From the human T2T-CHM13v2.0 reference genome, Homo sapiens: DNA of 64,000 nucleotides. The notes below the pieces were generated by a model. The model saw only the letters and a list, made by a program, of their open reading frames with translations. It was not told the DNA's origin and searched no databases. Position 1 is the stretch's first letter. Each line of letters opens with the position of its first letter. A program made the translations under genes and the position numbers. Positions 12,400-25,400 of the stretch are shown here, piece after piece. The stretch is taken from assembly GCF_009914755.1 (NCBI RefSeq), contig NC_060939.1. One strand, given 5' to 3'.

Positions 12400-15300
12400 A
12401 TTCCATTCGAGTCCATTCCATTCGATGCCATTCCATTTGATTCTATTCCATTAGTCTCCATTCAATTCCATTAATCCCCATTCCATTCCATTCTACTCCA
12501 ACTGATTCCATTCCATTCTATTCCTTTCCATTCCATTTCATTCCATTCCATTCCATTTCATTCCATTCCATTCCATTCGTGTCCATTCCACTCCAGTCCA
12601 TTCCATTCGTGTCCATTCCATTCCAGTCCATTCCATTTGTGTCCACTGCATTCCATTCCACTCCATTCCATATTATTCCATTACACTCCATTCCATTCTA
12701 TTACTTTCATTTCCATTCAATTCCATTCCATTTGATTCCATTCCACTCGGTTTCATTCCATTTGAGTCCACTCCATTCCATTCCATTCCATTCCATTCAG
12801 TTCCATTCCATTCTGTTCCATTCCATTCCGTTCCATTACATTCCATTCCATTCGGTACCATTCCATATTGTTCCATTCGATTCCATTCGAATCCATTCCA
12901 TTCCAGTCCATTCCATTCGATTCCATTCCATTCATTTCAATTCCATTCCATTCCATTCCATTACATTCCACTTGATTCCTCTCCATTCCCTTCCACTGCA
13001 TTCCGTTCGATTCCATTCCATTGCATTGCATTCCATTCCATTGGATTGCATTCCATTCGATTCCATTCCATTCGAATCAATTACATAGCAATCCATTACA
13101 TTCGAGTCTATTCTATTCCGTTCCATTCGATTTCGTTCCAATCCATTCGATTCCATTCCATTCGATTCCATTCCATACTATTGCATTCCATTCGATTACA
13201 TTATATTCGAATAAGTTCCATTGAAGACCATTTCTTTTGAGTCCATTCTATTTGAGTCCATTCCCTTTGATTCCATAACATTTGAGTCCATTCAATTCCA
13301 TTCCTTTCGTTTCCATTCCATTTGATGCCATTCCATTCAATTCTGTTCTACTCGACTCCAATACATTCAATTCCATTCCATCCGATTCCATTACATTCTT
13401 TTCATTTCTTATCCATTTCAAGCCATTCCACTCCATTCCACTCGTTTCCTTTCCAGTCGAGTCCATTCCTCTCCAGTCCATTCCGTTCAATCCATTCCAT
13501 TCCAGTCCATTCCATTCGAGTCCGTTCCATTCCAGTCCATTCCATTCGAGTCAATTCCATTCCATTCGATGTCTTTCCATAATGATCCATTCCATTCTAT
13601 TCCTTTCGATTCCATTCCATTCTATTTCATTCCATTCGATTCCCTTCCATTGGACTCCTTTCCATTCGAGTGCATTCCATTCCGTTCCATTTCTTACCGT
13701 TCTGTTCGATTCCTGCCGTTCGATTTCATTTTGTTCCAGTCCATTCCTTTCGCGTCCATTCCATTCCATTTCACTCCATTCGATTCCATTCCACTCGATT
13801 CCACTTCGTTCCATTTCATTGCATTCCATTCTATTCAACTCTATTGCCTTCCATTCCATTCCATTCGATTACATTCCATGCGATTCCATTCAAAATCGAA
13901 TCAATTACATTGCAATCCATTACAATTGCGTCCGTTTTATTCCAGTCCACTGCATTCTGGTCCATTCCATTTGATTCCATTCCATTCTATTCCATTCCAT
14001 ACAGTTGCATTCCTTTGGATTCCATGCTATATCTATAAATTCAATTCGAGACCATTGCTTTTGAGTCCATTCTATATGATTCCATTCCATTCAAGTCCAT
14101 TACATTTGGTTCAATTCCATTCCATTCCATTCCCTTCCATTCCATTCCAGTTGATATCAATCCATTCGATTCCATTCCATTCGAGCACATTCCATTCGAG
14201 TCCATTCCATTCGATGCCATTCCATTTGATTCTATTCCATTAGTCTCCATTCAATTCCATTAATCTCCATTCCATTCCATTCTATTCCAACTGATTCCAT
14301 TCCATTCTATTCCTTTCCATTCCATTTCATTCCATTCCATTCCATTTCATTCCATTCCATTCCATTCGCTTCCATTCCATTCGTGTCCATTCCACTCCAG
14401 TCCATTCCATTCGTGTCCATTCCATTCCAGTCCATTCCATTTGTGTCCACTGCATTCCATTCCACTCCATTCCATATTATACCATTACACTCCCTTCCAT
14501 TCCATTACTTTCATTTCCATTCAATTCCATTCCATTTGATTCCATTCCACTCGGTTTCATTCCATTTGAGTCCACTCCATTCCATTCCATTCCATTCCAT
14601 TCAGTTCCATTCCATTCTGTTCCATTCCATTCCGTTCCATTGCATTCCATTCCATTCGGTACCATTCCATATTGTTCCATTTGATTCCATTCGAATCCAT
14701 TCCATTCCAGTCCATTCCATTCGATTCCATTCCATTCCTTTCAATTCCATTCCATTCCATTCCATTCCACTTGATTCCACTCCATTCCCTTCCACTGCAT
14801 TCCATTCGATTCCATTCCATTGCATTGCATTCCATTCCATTGGACTGCATTCCATTCGATTCCATTCCATTCGAATCAATTACATAGCAATCCATTACAT
14901 TCGAGTCTATTCTATTCCGTTCCATTCGATTTCGTTCCAATCCATTCGATTCCATTCCATTCGATTCCATTCCATACTATTGCATTCCATTCGATTACAT
15001 TATATTCGAATAAGTTCCATTCAAGACCATTTCTTTTGAGTCCATTCTATTTGAGTCCATTCCCTTTGATTCCATAACATTTGAGTCCATTCAATTCCAT
15101 TCCTTTCGTTTCCATTCCATTTGATGCCATTCCATTCAATTCTGTTCTACTCGACTCCAATACATTCAATTCCATTCCATCCGATTCCATTACATTCTTT
15201 TCATTTCTTATCCATTTCAAGCCATTCCACTCCATTCCATTCCACTCGTTTCCTTTCCATTCGAGTCCATTCCTCTCCAGTCCATTCCGTTCAATCCATT

Positions 15301-18300
15301 CCATTCCAGTCCATTCCATTCGAGTCCGTTCCATTCCAGTCCATTCCATTCGAGTCAATTCCATTCCATTCGATGTCTTTCCATAACGATCCATTCCATT
15401 CTATTCCTTTCGATTCCATTCCATTCTATTTCATTCCATTCGATTCCCTTCCATTGGACTCCTTTCCATTCGAGTGCATTCCATTCCGTTCCATTTCTTT
15501 CCGTTCTGTACGATTCCTACCGTTCGATTTCATTTTGTTCCAGTCCATTCCTTTCGCGTCCATTCCATTCCATTTCACTCCATTCGATTCCATTCCACTC
15601 GATTCCACTTCGTTCCATTTCATTGCATTCCATTCTATTCAACTCTATTGCCTTCCATTCCATTCCATTCGATTACATTCCATGCGATTCCATTCGAAAT
15701 CGAATCAATTACATTGCAATCCATTACTATTGAGTCCGTTTTATTCCAGTCCACTGCATTCTGGTCCATTCCATTTGATTCCATTCCATTCTATTCCATT
15801 CCATACAGTTGCATTCCATTGGATTCCATTCTATATCTATAAATTCAATTCGAGACCATTGCTTTTGAGTCCATTCTATATGATTCCATTCCATTCAAGT
15901 CCATTACATTTGGTTCAATTCCATTCCATTCCATTCCCTTCCATTCCATTCCAGTTGATATCAATCCATTCGATTCCATTCCATTCGAGCACATTCCATT
16001 CGAGTCCATTCCATTCGATGCCATTCCATTTGATTCTATTCCATTAGTCTCCATTCAATTCCATTAATCCCCATTCCATTCCATTCTACTCCAACTGATT
16101 CCATTCCATTCTATTCCTTTCCATTCCATTTCATTCCATTCCATTCCATTTCATTCCATTCCATTCCATTCGTGTCCATTCCACTCCAGTCCATTCCATT
16201 CGTGTCCATTCCATTCCAGTCCATTCCATTTGTGTCCACTGCATTCCATTCCACTCCATTCCATATTATTCCATTACACTCCATTCCATTCTATTACTTT
16301 CATTTCCATTCAATTCCATTCCATTTGATTCCATTCCACTCGGTTTCATTCCATTTGAGTCCACTCCATTCCATTCCATTCCATTCCATTCAGTTCCATT
16401 CCATTCTGTTCCATTCCATTCCGTTCCATTACATTCCATTCCATTCGGTACCATTCCATATTGTTCCATTCGATTCCATTCGAATCCATTCCATTCCAGT
16501 CCATTCCATTCGATTCCATTCCATTCATTTCAATTCCATTCCATTCCATTCCATTCCATTCCACTTGATTCCTCTCCATTTCCTTCCACTGCATTCCGTT
16601 CGATTCCATTCCATTGCATTGCATTCCATTCCATTGGATTGCATTCCATTCGATTCCATTCCATTCGAATCAATTACATAGCAATCCATTACATTCGAGT
16701 CTATTCTATTCCGTTCCATTCGATTTCGTTCCAATCCATTCGATTCCATTCCATTCGATTCCATTCCATACTATTGCATTCCATTCGATTACATTATATT
16801 CGAATAAGTTCCATTGAAGACCATTTCTTTTGAGTCCATTCTATTTGAGTCCATTCCCTTTGATTCCATAACATTTGAGTCCATTCAATTCCATTCCTTT
16901 CGTTTCCATTCCATTTGATGCCATTCCATTCAATTCTGTTCTACTCGACTCCAATACATTCAATTCCATTCCATCCGATTCCATTACATTCTTTTCATTT
17001 CTTATCCATTTCAAGCCATTCCACTCCATTCCACTCGTTTCCTTTCCAGTCGAGTCCATTCCTCTCCAGTCCATTCCGTTCAATCCATTCCATTCCAGTC
17101 CATTCCATTCGAGTCCGTTCCATTCCAGTCCATTCCATTCGAGTCAATTCCATTCCATTCGATGTCTTTCCATAATGATCCATTCCATTCTATTCCTTTC
17201 GATTCCATTCCATTCTATTTCATTCCATTCGATTCCCTTCCATTGGACTCCTTTCCATTCGAGTGCATTCCATTCCGTTCCATTTCTTACCGTTCTGTTC
17301 GATTCCTACCGTTCGATTTCATTTTGTTCCAGTCCATTCCTTTCGCGTCCATTCCATTCCATTTCACTCCATTCGATTCCATTCCACTCGATTCCACTTC
17401 GTTCCATTTCATTGCATTCCATTCTATTCAACTCTATTGCCTTCCATTCCATTCCATTCGATTACATTCCATGCGATTCCATTCAAAATCGAATCAATTA
17501 CATTGCAATCCATTACAATTGCGTCCGTTTTATTCCAGTCCACTGCATTCTGGTCCATTCCATTTGATTCCATTCCATTCTATTCCATTCCATACAGTTG
17601 CATTCCTTTGGATTCCATGCTATATCTATAAATTCAATTCGAGACCATTGCTTTTGAGTCCATTCTATATGATTCCATTCCATTCAAGTCCATTACATTT
17701 GGTTCAATTCCATTCCATTCCATTCCCTTCCATTCCATTCCAGTTGATATCAATCCATTCGATTCCATTCCATTCGAGCACATTCCATTCGAGTCCATTC
17801 CATTCGATGCCATTCCATTTGATTCTATTCCATTAGTCTCCATTCAATTCCATTAATCTCCATTCCATTCCATTCTATTCCAACTGATTCCATTCCATTC
17901 TATTCCTTTCCATTCCATTTCATTCCATTCCATTCCATTTCATTCCATTCCATTCCATTCGCTTCCATTCCATTCGTGTCCATTCCACTCCAGTCCATTC
18001 CATTCGTGTCCATTCCATTCCAGTCCATTCCATTTGTGTCCACTGCATTCCATTCCACTCCATTCCATATTATACCATTACACTCCCTTCCATTCCATTA
18101 CTTTCATTTCCATTCAATTCCATTCCATTTGATTCCATTCCACTCGGTTTCATTCCATTTGAGTCCACTCCATTCCATTCCATTCCATTCCATTCAGTTC
18201 CATTCCATTCTGTTCCATTCCATTCCGTTCCATTGCATTCCATTCCATTCGGTACCATTCCATATTGTTCCATTTGATTCCATTCGAATCCATTCCATTC

Positions 18301-19450
18301 CAGTCCATTCCATTCGATTCCATTCCATTCCTTTCAATTCCATTCCATTCCATTCCATTCCACTTGATTCCACTCCATTCCCTTCCACTGCATTCCATTC
18401 GATTCCATTCCATTGCATTGCATTCCATTCCATTGGACTGCATTCCATTCGATTCCATTCCATTCGAATCAATTACATAGCAATCCATTACATTCGAGTC
18501 TATTCTATTCCGTTCCATTCGATTTCGTTCCAATCCATTCGATTCCATTCCATTCGATTCCATTCCATACTATTGCATTCCATTCGATTACATTATATTC
18601 GAATAAGTTCCATTCAAGACCATTTCTTTTGAGTCCATTCTATTTGAGTCCATTCCCTTTGATTCCATAACATTTGAGTCCATTCAATTCCATTCCTTTC
18701 GTTTCCATTCCATTTGATGCCATTCCATTCAATTCTGTTCTACTCGACTCCAATACATTCAATTCCATTCCATCCGATTCCATTACATTCTTTTCATTTC
18801 TTATCCATTTCAAGCCATTCCACTCCATTCCATTCCACTCGTTTCCTTTCCATTCGAGTCCATTCCTCTCCAGTCCATTCCGTTCAATCCATTCCATTCC
18901 AGTCCATTCCATTCGAGTCCGTTCCATTCCAGTCCATTCCATTCGAGTCAATTCCATTCCATTCGATGTCTTTCCATAACGATCCATTCCATTCTATTCC
19001 TTTCGATTCCATTCCATTCTATTTCATTCCATTCGATTCCCTTCCATTGGACTCCTTTCCATTCGAGTGCATTCCATTCCGTTCCATTTCTTTCCGTTCT
19101 GTACGATTCCTACCGTTCGATTTCATTTTGTTCCAGTCCATTCCTTTCGCGTCCATTCCATTCCATTTCACTCCATTCGATTCCATTCCACTCGATTCCA
19201 CTTCGTTCCATTTCATTGCATTCCATTCTATTCAACTCTATTGCCTTCCATTCCATTCCATTCGATTACATTCCATGCGATTCCATTCGAAATCGAATCA
19301 ATTACATTGCAATCCATTACTATTGAGTCCGTTTTATTCCAGTCCACTGCATTCTGGTCCATTCCATTTGATTCCATTCCATTCTATTCCATTCCATACA
19401 GTTGCATTCCATTGGATTCCATTCTATATCTATAAATTCAATTCGAGACC
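12400..19450 (+). repeat. Two-unit higher-order repeat, period 3593 bp, about 2 copies
   Basis: Variants recur at +3593: TTAATCCCC (12471/16064), TTGAAGACC (13221/16814), TACAATTGCG (13921/17514) and the same 5-bp deletion. The ORF pairs 13569/17162 and 14383/17976 are identical. Boundaries are approximate. Confidence 0.88.
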
Positions 19451-22400
19451 ATTGCTTTTGAGTCCATTCTATATGATTCCATTCCAGTCAAGTCCATTAC
19501 ATTTGGTTCAATTCCATTCCATTCCATTCCCTTCCATTCCATTCCAGTTGATATCAATCCATTCGATTCCATTCCATTCGAGCACATTCCATTCGAGTCC
19601 ATTCCATTCGATGCCATTCCATTTGATTCTATTCCATTAGTCTCCATTCAATTCCATTAATCTCCATTCCATTCCATTCTACTCCAACTGATTCCATTCC
19701 ATTCTATTCCTTTCCATTCCATTTCATTCCATTCCATTCCATTTCATTCCATTCCATTCCATTCGTGTCCATTCCACTCCAGTACATTCCATTCGTGTCC
19801 ATTCCATTCCAGTCCATTCCATTTGTGTCCACTGCATTCCATTCCACTCCATTCCATATTATTCCATTACACTCCATTCCATTCTATTACTTTCATTTCC
19901 ATTCAATTCCATTCCATTTGATTCCATTCCACTCGGTTTCATTCCATTTGAGTCCACTCCATTCCATTCCATTCCATTCAGTTCCATTCCATTCTGTTCC
20001 ATTCCATTCCGTTCCATTACATTCCATTCCATTCGGTACCATTCCATATTGTTCCATTCGATTCCATTCGAATCCATTCCATTCCAGTCCATTCCATTCG
20101 ATTCCATTCCATTCATTTCAATTCCATTCCATTCCATTCCATTACATTCCACTTGATTCCTCTCCATTCCCTTCCACTGCATTCCGTTCGATTCCATTCC
20201 ATTGCATTGCATTCCATTCCATTGGATTGCATTCCATTCGATTCCATTCCATTCGAATCAATTACATAGCAATCCATTACATTCGAGTCTATTCTATTCC
20301 GATCCATTCGATTTCGTTCCAATCCATTCGATTCCATTCCATTCGATTCCATTCCATACTATTGCATTCCATTCTATTACATTATATTCGAATAAGTTCC
20401 ATTCAAGACCATTTCTTTTGAGTCCATTCTATTTGAGTCCATTCCCTTTGATTCCATAACATTTGAGTCCATTCAATTCCATTCCTTTCGTTTCCATTCC
20501 ATTTGATGCCATTCCATTCAATTCTGTTCTACTCGACTCCAATACATTCAATTCCATTCCATCCGATTCCATTACATTCTTTTCATTTCTTATCCATTTC
20601 AAGCCATTCCACTCCATTCCATTCCACTCGTTTCCTTTCCATTCGAGTCCATTCCTCTCCAGTCCATTCCGTTCAATCCATTCCATTCCAGTCCATTCCA
20701 TTCGAGTCCGTTGCATTCCAGTCCATTCCACTCGAGTCAATTCCATCCCATTCGATGTCTTTCCATAACGATCCATTCCATTCTATTCCTTTCGATTCCA
20801 TTCCATTCGATTTCATTCCATTCGATTCCCTTCCATTGGACTCCTTTCCATTCGAGTGCATTCCATTCCGTTCCATTTCTTTCCGTTCTGTACGATTCCT
20901 ACAGTTCGATTTCATTTTGTTCCAGTCCATTCCTTTCGCGTCCATTCCATTCCATTTCACTCCATTCGATTCCATTCCACTCGATTCCACTTTGTTCCAT
21001 TTCATTGCATTCCATTCTATTCAACTCTATTGCCTTCCATTCCATTCCATTCGATTACATTCCATGCGATTCCATTCGAAATCGAATCAATTACATTGCA
21101 ATCCATTACTATTGAGTCCGTTTTATTCCAGTCCACTGCATTCTGGTCCATTCCATTTGATTCCATTCTATTCTATTCCATTCCATACAGTTGCATTCCA
21201 TTGGATTCCATGCTATATCTATAAATTCAATTCGAGACCATTACTTTTGAGTCCATTCTATATGATTCCATTCCATTCAAGTCCATTACATTTGGTTCAA
21301 TTCCATTCCATTCCATTCCCTTCCATTCCATTCCAGTTGATATCAATCCTTTCGATTCCATTCCATCCGAGCACATTCCATTCGAGTCCATTCCATTCGA
21401 TGCCATTCCATTTGATTCTATTCCATTAGTCTCCATTCAATTCCATTAATCTCCATTCCATTCCATTCTACTCCAACTGATTCCATTCCATTCTATTCCT
21501 TTCCATTCCATTTCATTCCATTCCATTCCATTTCATTCCATTCCATTCCATTCGTGTCCATTCCACTCCAGTCCATTCCATTCGTGTCCATTCCATTCCA
21601 GTCCATTCCATTTGTGTCCACTGCATTCCATTCCACTCCATTCCATATTATTCCATTACACTCCATTCCATTCTATTACTTTCATTTCCATTCAATTCCA
21701 TTCCATTTGATTCCATTCCACTCGGTTTCATTCCATTTGAGTCCACTCCATTCCATTCCATTCCATTCCATTCAGTTCCATTCCATTCTGTTCCATTCCA
21801 TTCCGTTCCATTACATTCCATTCCATTCGGTACCATTCCATATTGTTCCATTCGATTCCATTCGAATCCATTCCATTCCAGTCCATTCCATTCGATTCCA
21901 TTCCATTCATTTCAATTCCATTCCATTCCATTCCATTACATTCCACTTGATTCCTCTCCATTCCCTTCCACTGCATTCCGTTCGATTCCATTCCATTGCA
22001 TTGCATTCCATTCCATTGGATTGCATTCCATTCGATTCCATTCCATTCGAATCAATTACATAGCAATCCATTACATTCGAGTCTATTCTATTCCGTTCCA
22101 TTCGATTTCGTTCCAATCCATTCGATTCCATTCCATTCGATTCCATTCCATACTATTGCATTCCATTCTATTACATTATATTCGAATAAGTTCCATTCAA
22201 GACCATTTCTTTTGAGTCCATTCTATTTGAGTCCATTCCCTTTGATTCCATAACATTTGAGTCCATTCAATTCCATTCCTTTCGTTTCCATTCCATTTGA
22301 TGCCATTCCATTCAATTCTGTTCTACTCGACTCCAATACATTCAATTCCATTCCATTTGATTCCATTACATTCTTTTCATTTCTTATCCATTTCAAGCCA

Positions 22401-25400
22401 TTCCACTCCATTCCATTCCACTCGTTTCCTTTCCAGTCGAGTCCATTCCTCTCCAGTCCATTCCGTTCAATCCATTCCATTCCAGTCCATTCCATTCGAG
22501 TCCATTCCATTCCAGTCCATTCCATTCGAGTCAATTCCATCCCATTCGATGTCTTCCCATAACGATCCATTCCATTCTATTTTCCTTTCGATTCCATTCC
22601 ATTCTATTTCATTCCATTCGATTCCCTTCCATTGGACTCCTTTCCATTCGAGTGCATTCCATTCCGTTCCATTTCTTTCCGTTCTGTACGATTCCTACCG
22701 TTCGATTTCATTTTGTTCCAGTCCATTCCTTTCGCGTCCATTCCATTCCATTTCACTCCATTCGATTCCATTCCACTCGATTCCACTTCGTTCCATTTCA
22801 TTGCATTCCATTCTATTCAACTCTATTGCCTTCCATTCCATTCCATTCGATTACATTCCATGCGATTCCATTCGAAATCGAATCAATTACAATGCAATCC
22901 ATTACTATTGAGTCCATTTTATTCCAGTCCACTGCATTCTGGTCCATTCCATTTGATTCCATTCCATTCTATTCCATTCCATACAGTTGCATTCCATTGG
23001 ATTCCATTCTATATCTATAAATTCAATTCGAGACCATTGCTTTTGAGTCCATTCTATATGATTCCATTCCATTCAAGTCCATTACATTTGGTTCAATTCC
23101 ATTCCATTCCATTCCCTTCCATTCCATTCCAGTTGATATCAATCCATTCGATTCCATTCCATTCGAGCACATTCCATTCGAGTCCATTCCATTCGATGCC
23201 ATTCCATTTGATTCTATTCCATTAGTCTCCATTCAATTCCATTAATCTCCATTCCATTCCATTCTACTCCAACTGATTCCATTCCATTCTATTCCTTTCC
23301 ATTCCATTTCATTCCATTCCATTCCATTTCATTCCATTCCATTCCATTCGTGTCCATTCCACTCCAGTCCATTCCATTCGTGTCCATTCCATTCCAGTCC
23401 ATTCCATTTGTGTCCACTGCATTCCATTCCACTCCATTCCATATTATTCCATTACAATCCATTCCATTCTATTACTTTCATTTCCATTCAATTCCATTCC
23501 ATTTGATTCCATTCCACTCGGTTTCATTCCATTTGAGTCCACTCCATTCCATTCCATTCCATTCCATTCAGTTCCATTCCATTCTGTTCCATTCCATTCC
23601 GTTCCATTGCATTCCATTCCATTCGGTACCATTCCATATTGTTCCATTCGATTCCATTCGAATCCATTCCATTCCAGTCCATTCCATTCCATTCCATTCC
23701 ATTCCTTTCAATTCCATTCCATTCCATTCCATTCCACTTGATTCCACTCCATTCCCTTCCACTGCATTCCATTCGATTCCATTCCATTGCATTGCATTCC
23801 ATTCCATTGGACTGCATTCCATTCGATTCCATTCCATTCGAATCAATTACATAGCAATCCATTACATTCGAGTCTATTCTATTCCGTTCCATTCGATTTC
23901 GTTCCAATCCATTCGATTCCATTCCATTCGATTCCATTCCATACTATTGCATTCCATTCGATTACATTATATTCGAATAAGTTCCATTCAAGACCATTTC
24001 TTTTGAGTCCATTCTATTTGAGTCCATTCCCTTTGATTCCATAACATTTGAGTCCATTCAATTCCATTCCTTTCGTTTCCATTCCATTTGATGCCATTCC
24101 ATTCAATTCTGTTCTACTCGACTCCAATACATTCAATTCCATTCCATCCGATTCCATTACATTCTTTTCATTTCTTATCCATTTCAAGCCATTCCACTCC
24201 ATTCCATTCCACTCGTTTCCTTTCCATTCGAGTCCATTCCTCTCCAGTCCATTCCGTTCAATCCATTCCATTCCAGTCCATTCCATTCGAGTCCGTTCCA
24301 TTCCAGTCCATTCCATTCGAGTCAATTCCATTCCATTCGATGTCTTTCCATAACGATCCATTCCATTCTATTCCTTTCGATTCCATTCCATTCTATTTCA
24401 TTCCATTCGATTCCCTTCCATTGGACTCCTTTCCATTCGAGTGCATTCCATTCCGTTCCATTTCTTCCCGTTCTGTACGATTCCTACCGTTCGATTTCAT
24501 TTTGTTCCAGTCCATTCCTTTCGCGTCCATTCCATTCCATTTCACTCCATTCGATTCCATTCCACTCGATTCCACTTCGTTCCATTTCATTGCATTCCAT
24601 TCTATTCAACTCTATTGCCTTCCATTCCATTCCATTCGATTACATTCCATGCGATTCCATTCGAAATCGAATCAATTACATTGCAATCCATTACTATTGA
24701 GTCCGTATTATTCCAGTCCACTGCATTCTGGTCCATTCCATTTGATTCCATTCCATTCTATTCCATTCCATACAATTGCATTCCATTGGTTTCCATTCTA
24801 TATCTATAAATTCAATTCGAGACCATTGCTTTTGAGTCCATTCTATATGATTCCATTCCATTCAAGTCCATTACATTTGGTTCAATTCCATTCCATTCCA
24901 TTCCCTTCCATTCCATTCCAGTTGATATCAATCCATTCGATTCCATTCCATTCGAGCACATTCCATTCGAGTCCATTCCATTCGATGCCATTCCATTTGA
25001 TTCTATTCCATTAGTCTCCATTCAATTCCATTAATCTCCATTCCATTCCATTCTACTCCAACTGATTCCATTCCATTCTATTCCTTTCCATTCCATTTCA
25101 TTCCATTCCATTCCATTTCATTCCATTCCATTCCATTCGCTTCCATTCCATTCGTGTCCATTCCACTCCAGTCCATTCCATTCGTGTCCATTCCATTCCA
25201 GTCCATTCCATTTGTGTCCACTGCATTCCATTCCACTCCATTCCATATTATTCCATTACACTCCATTCCATTCTATTACTTTCATTTCCATTCAATTCCA
25301 TTCCATTTGATTCCATTCCACTCGGTTTCATTCCATTTGAGTCACTCCATTCCATTCCATTCCATTCCATTCAGTTCCATTCCATTCTGTTCCATTCCAT

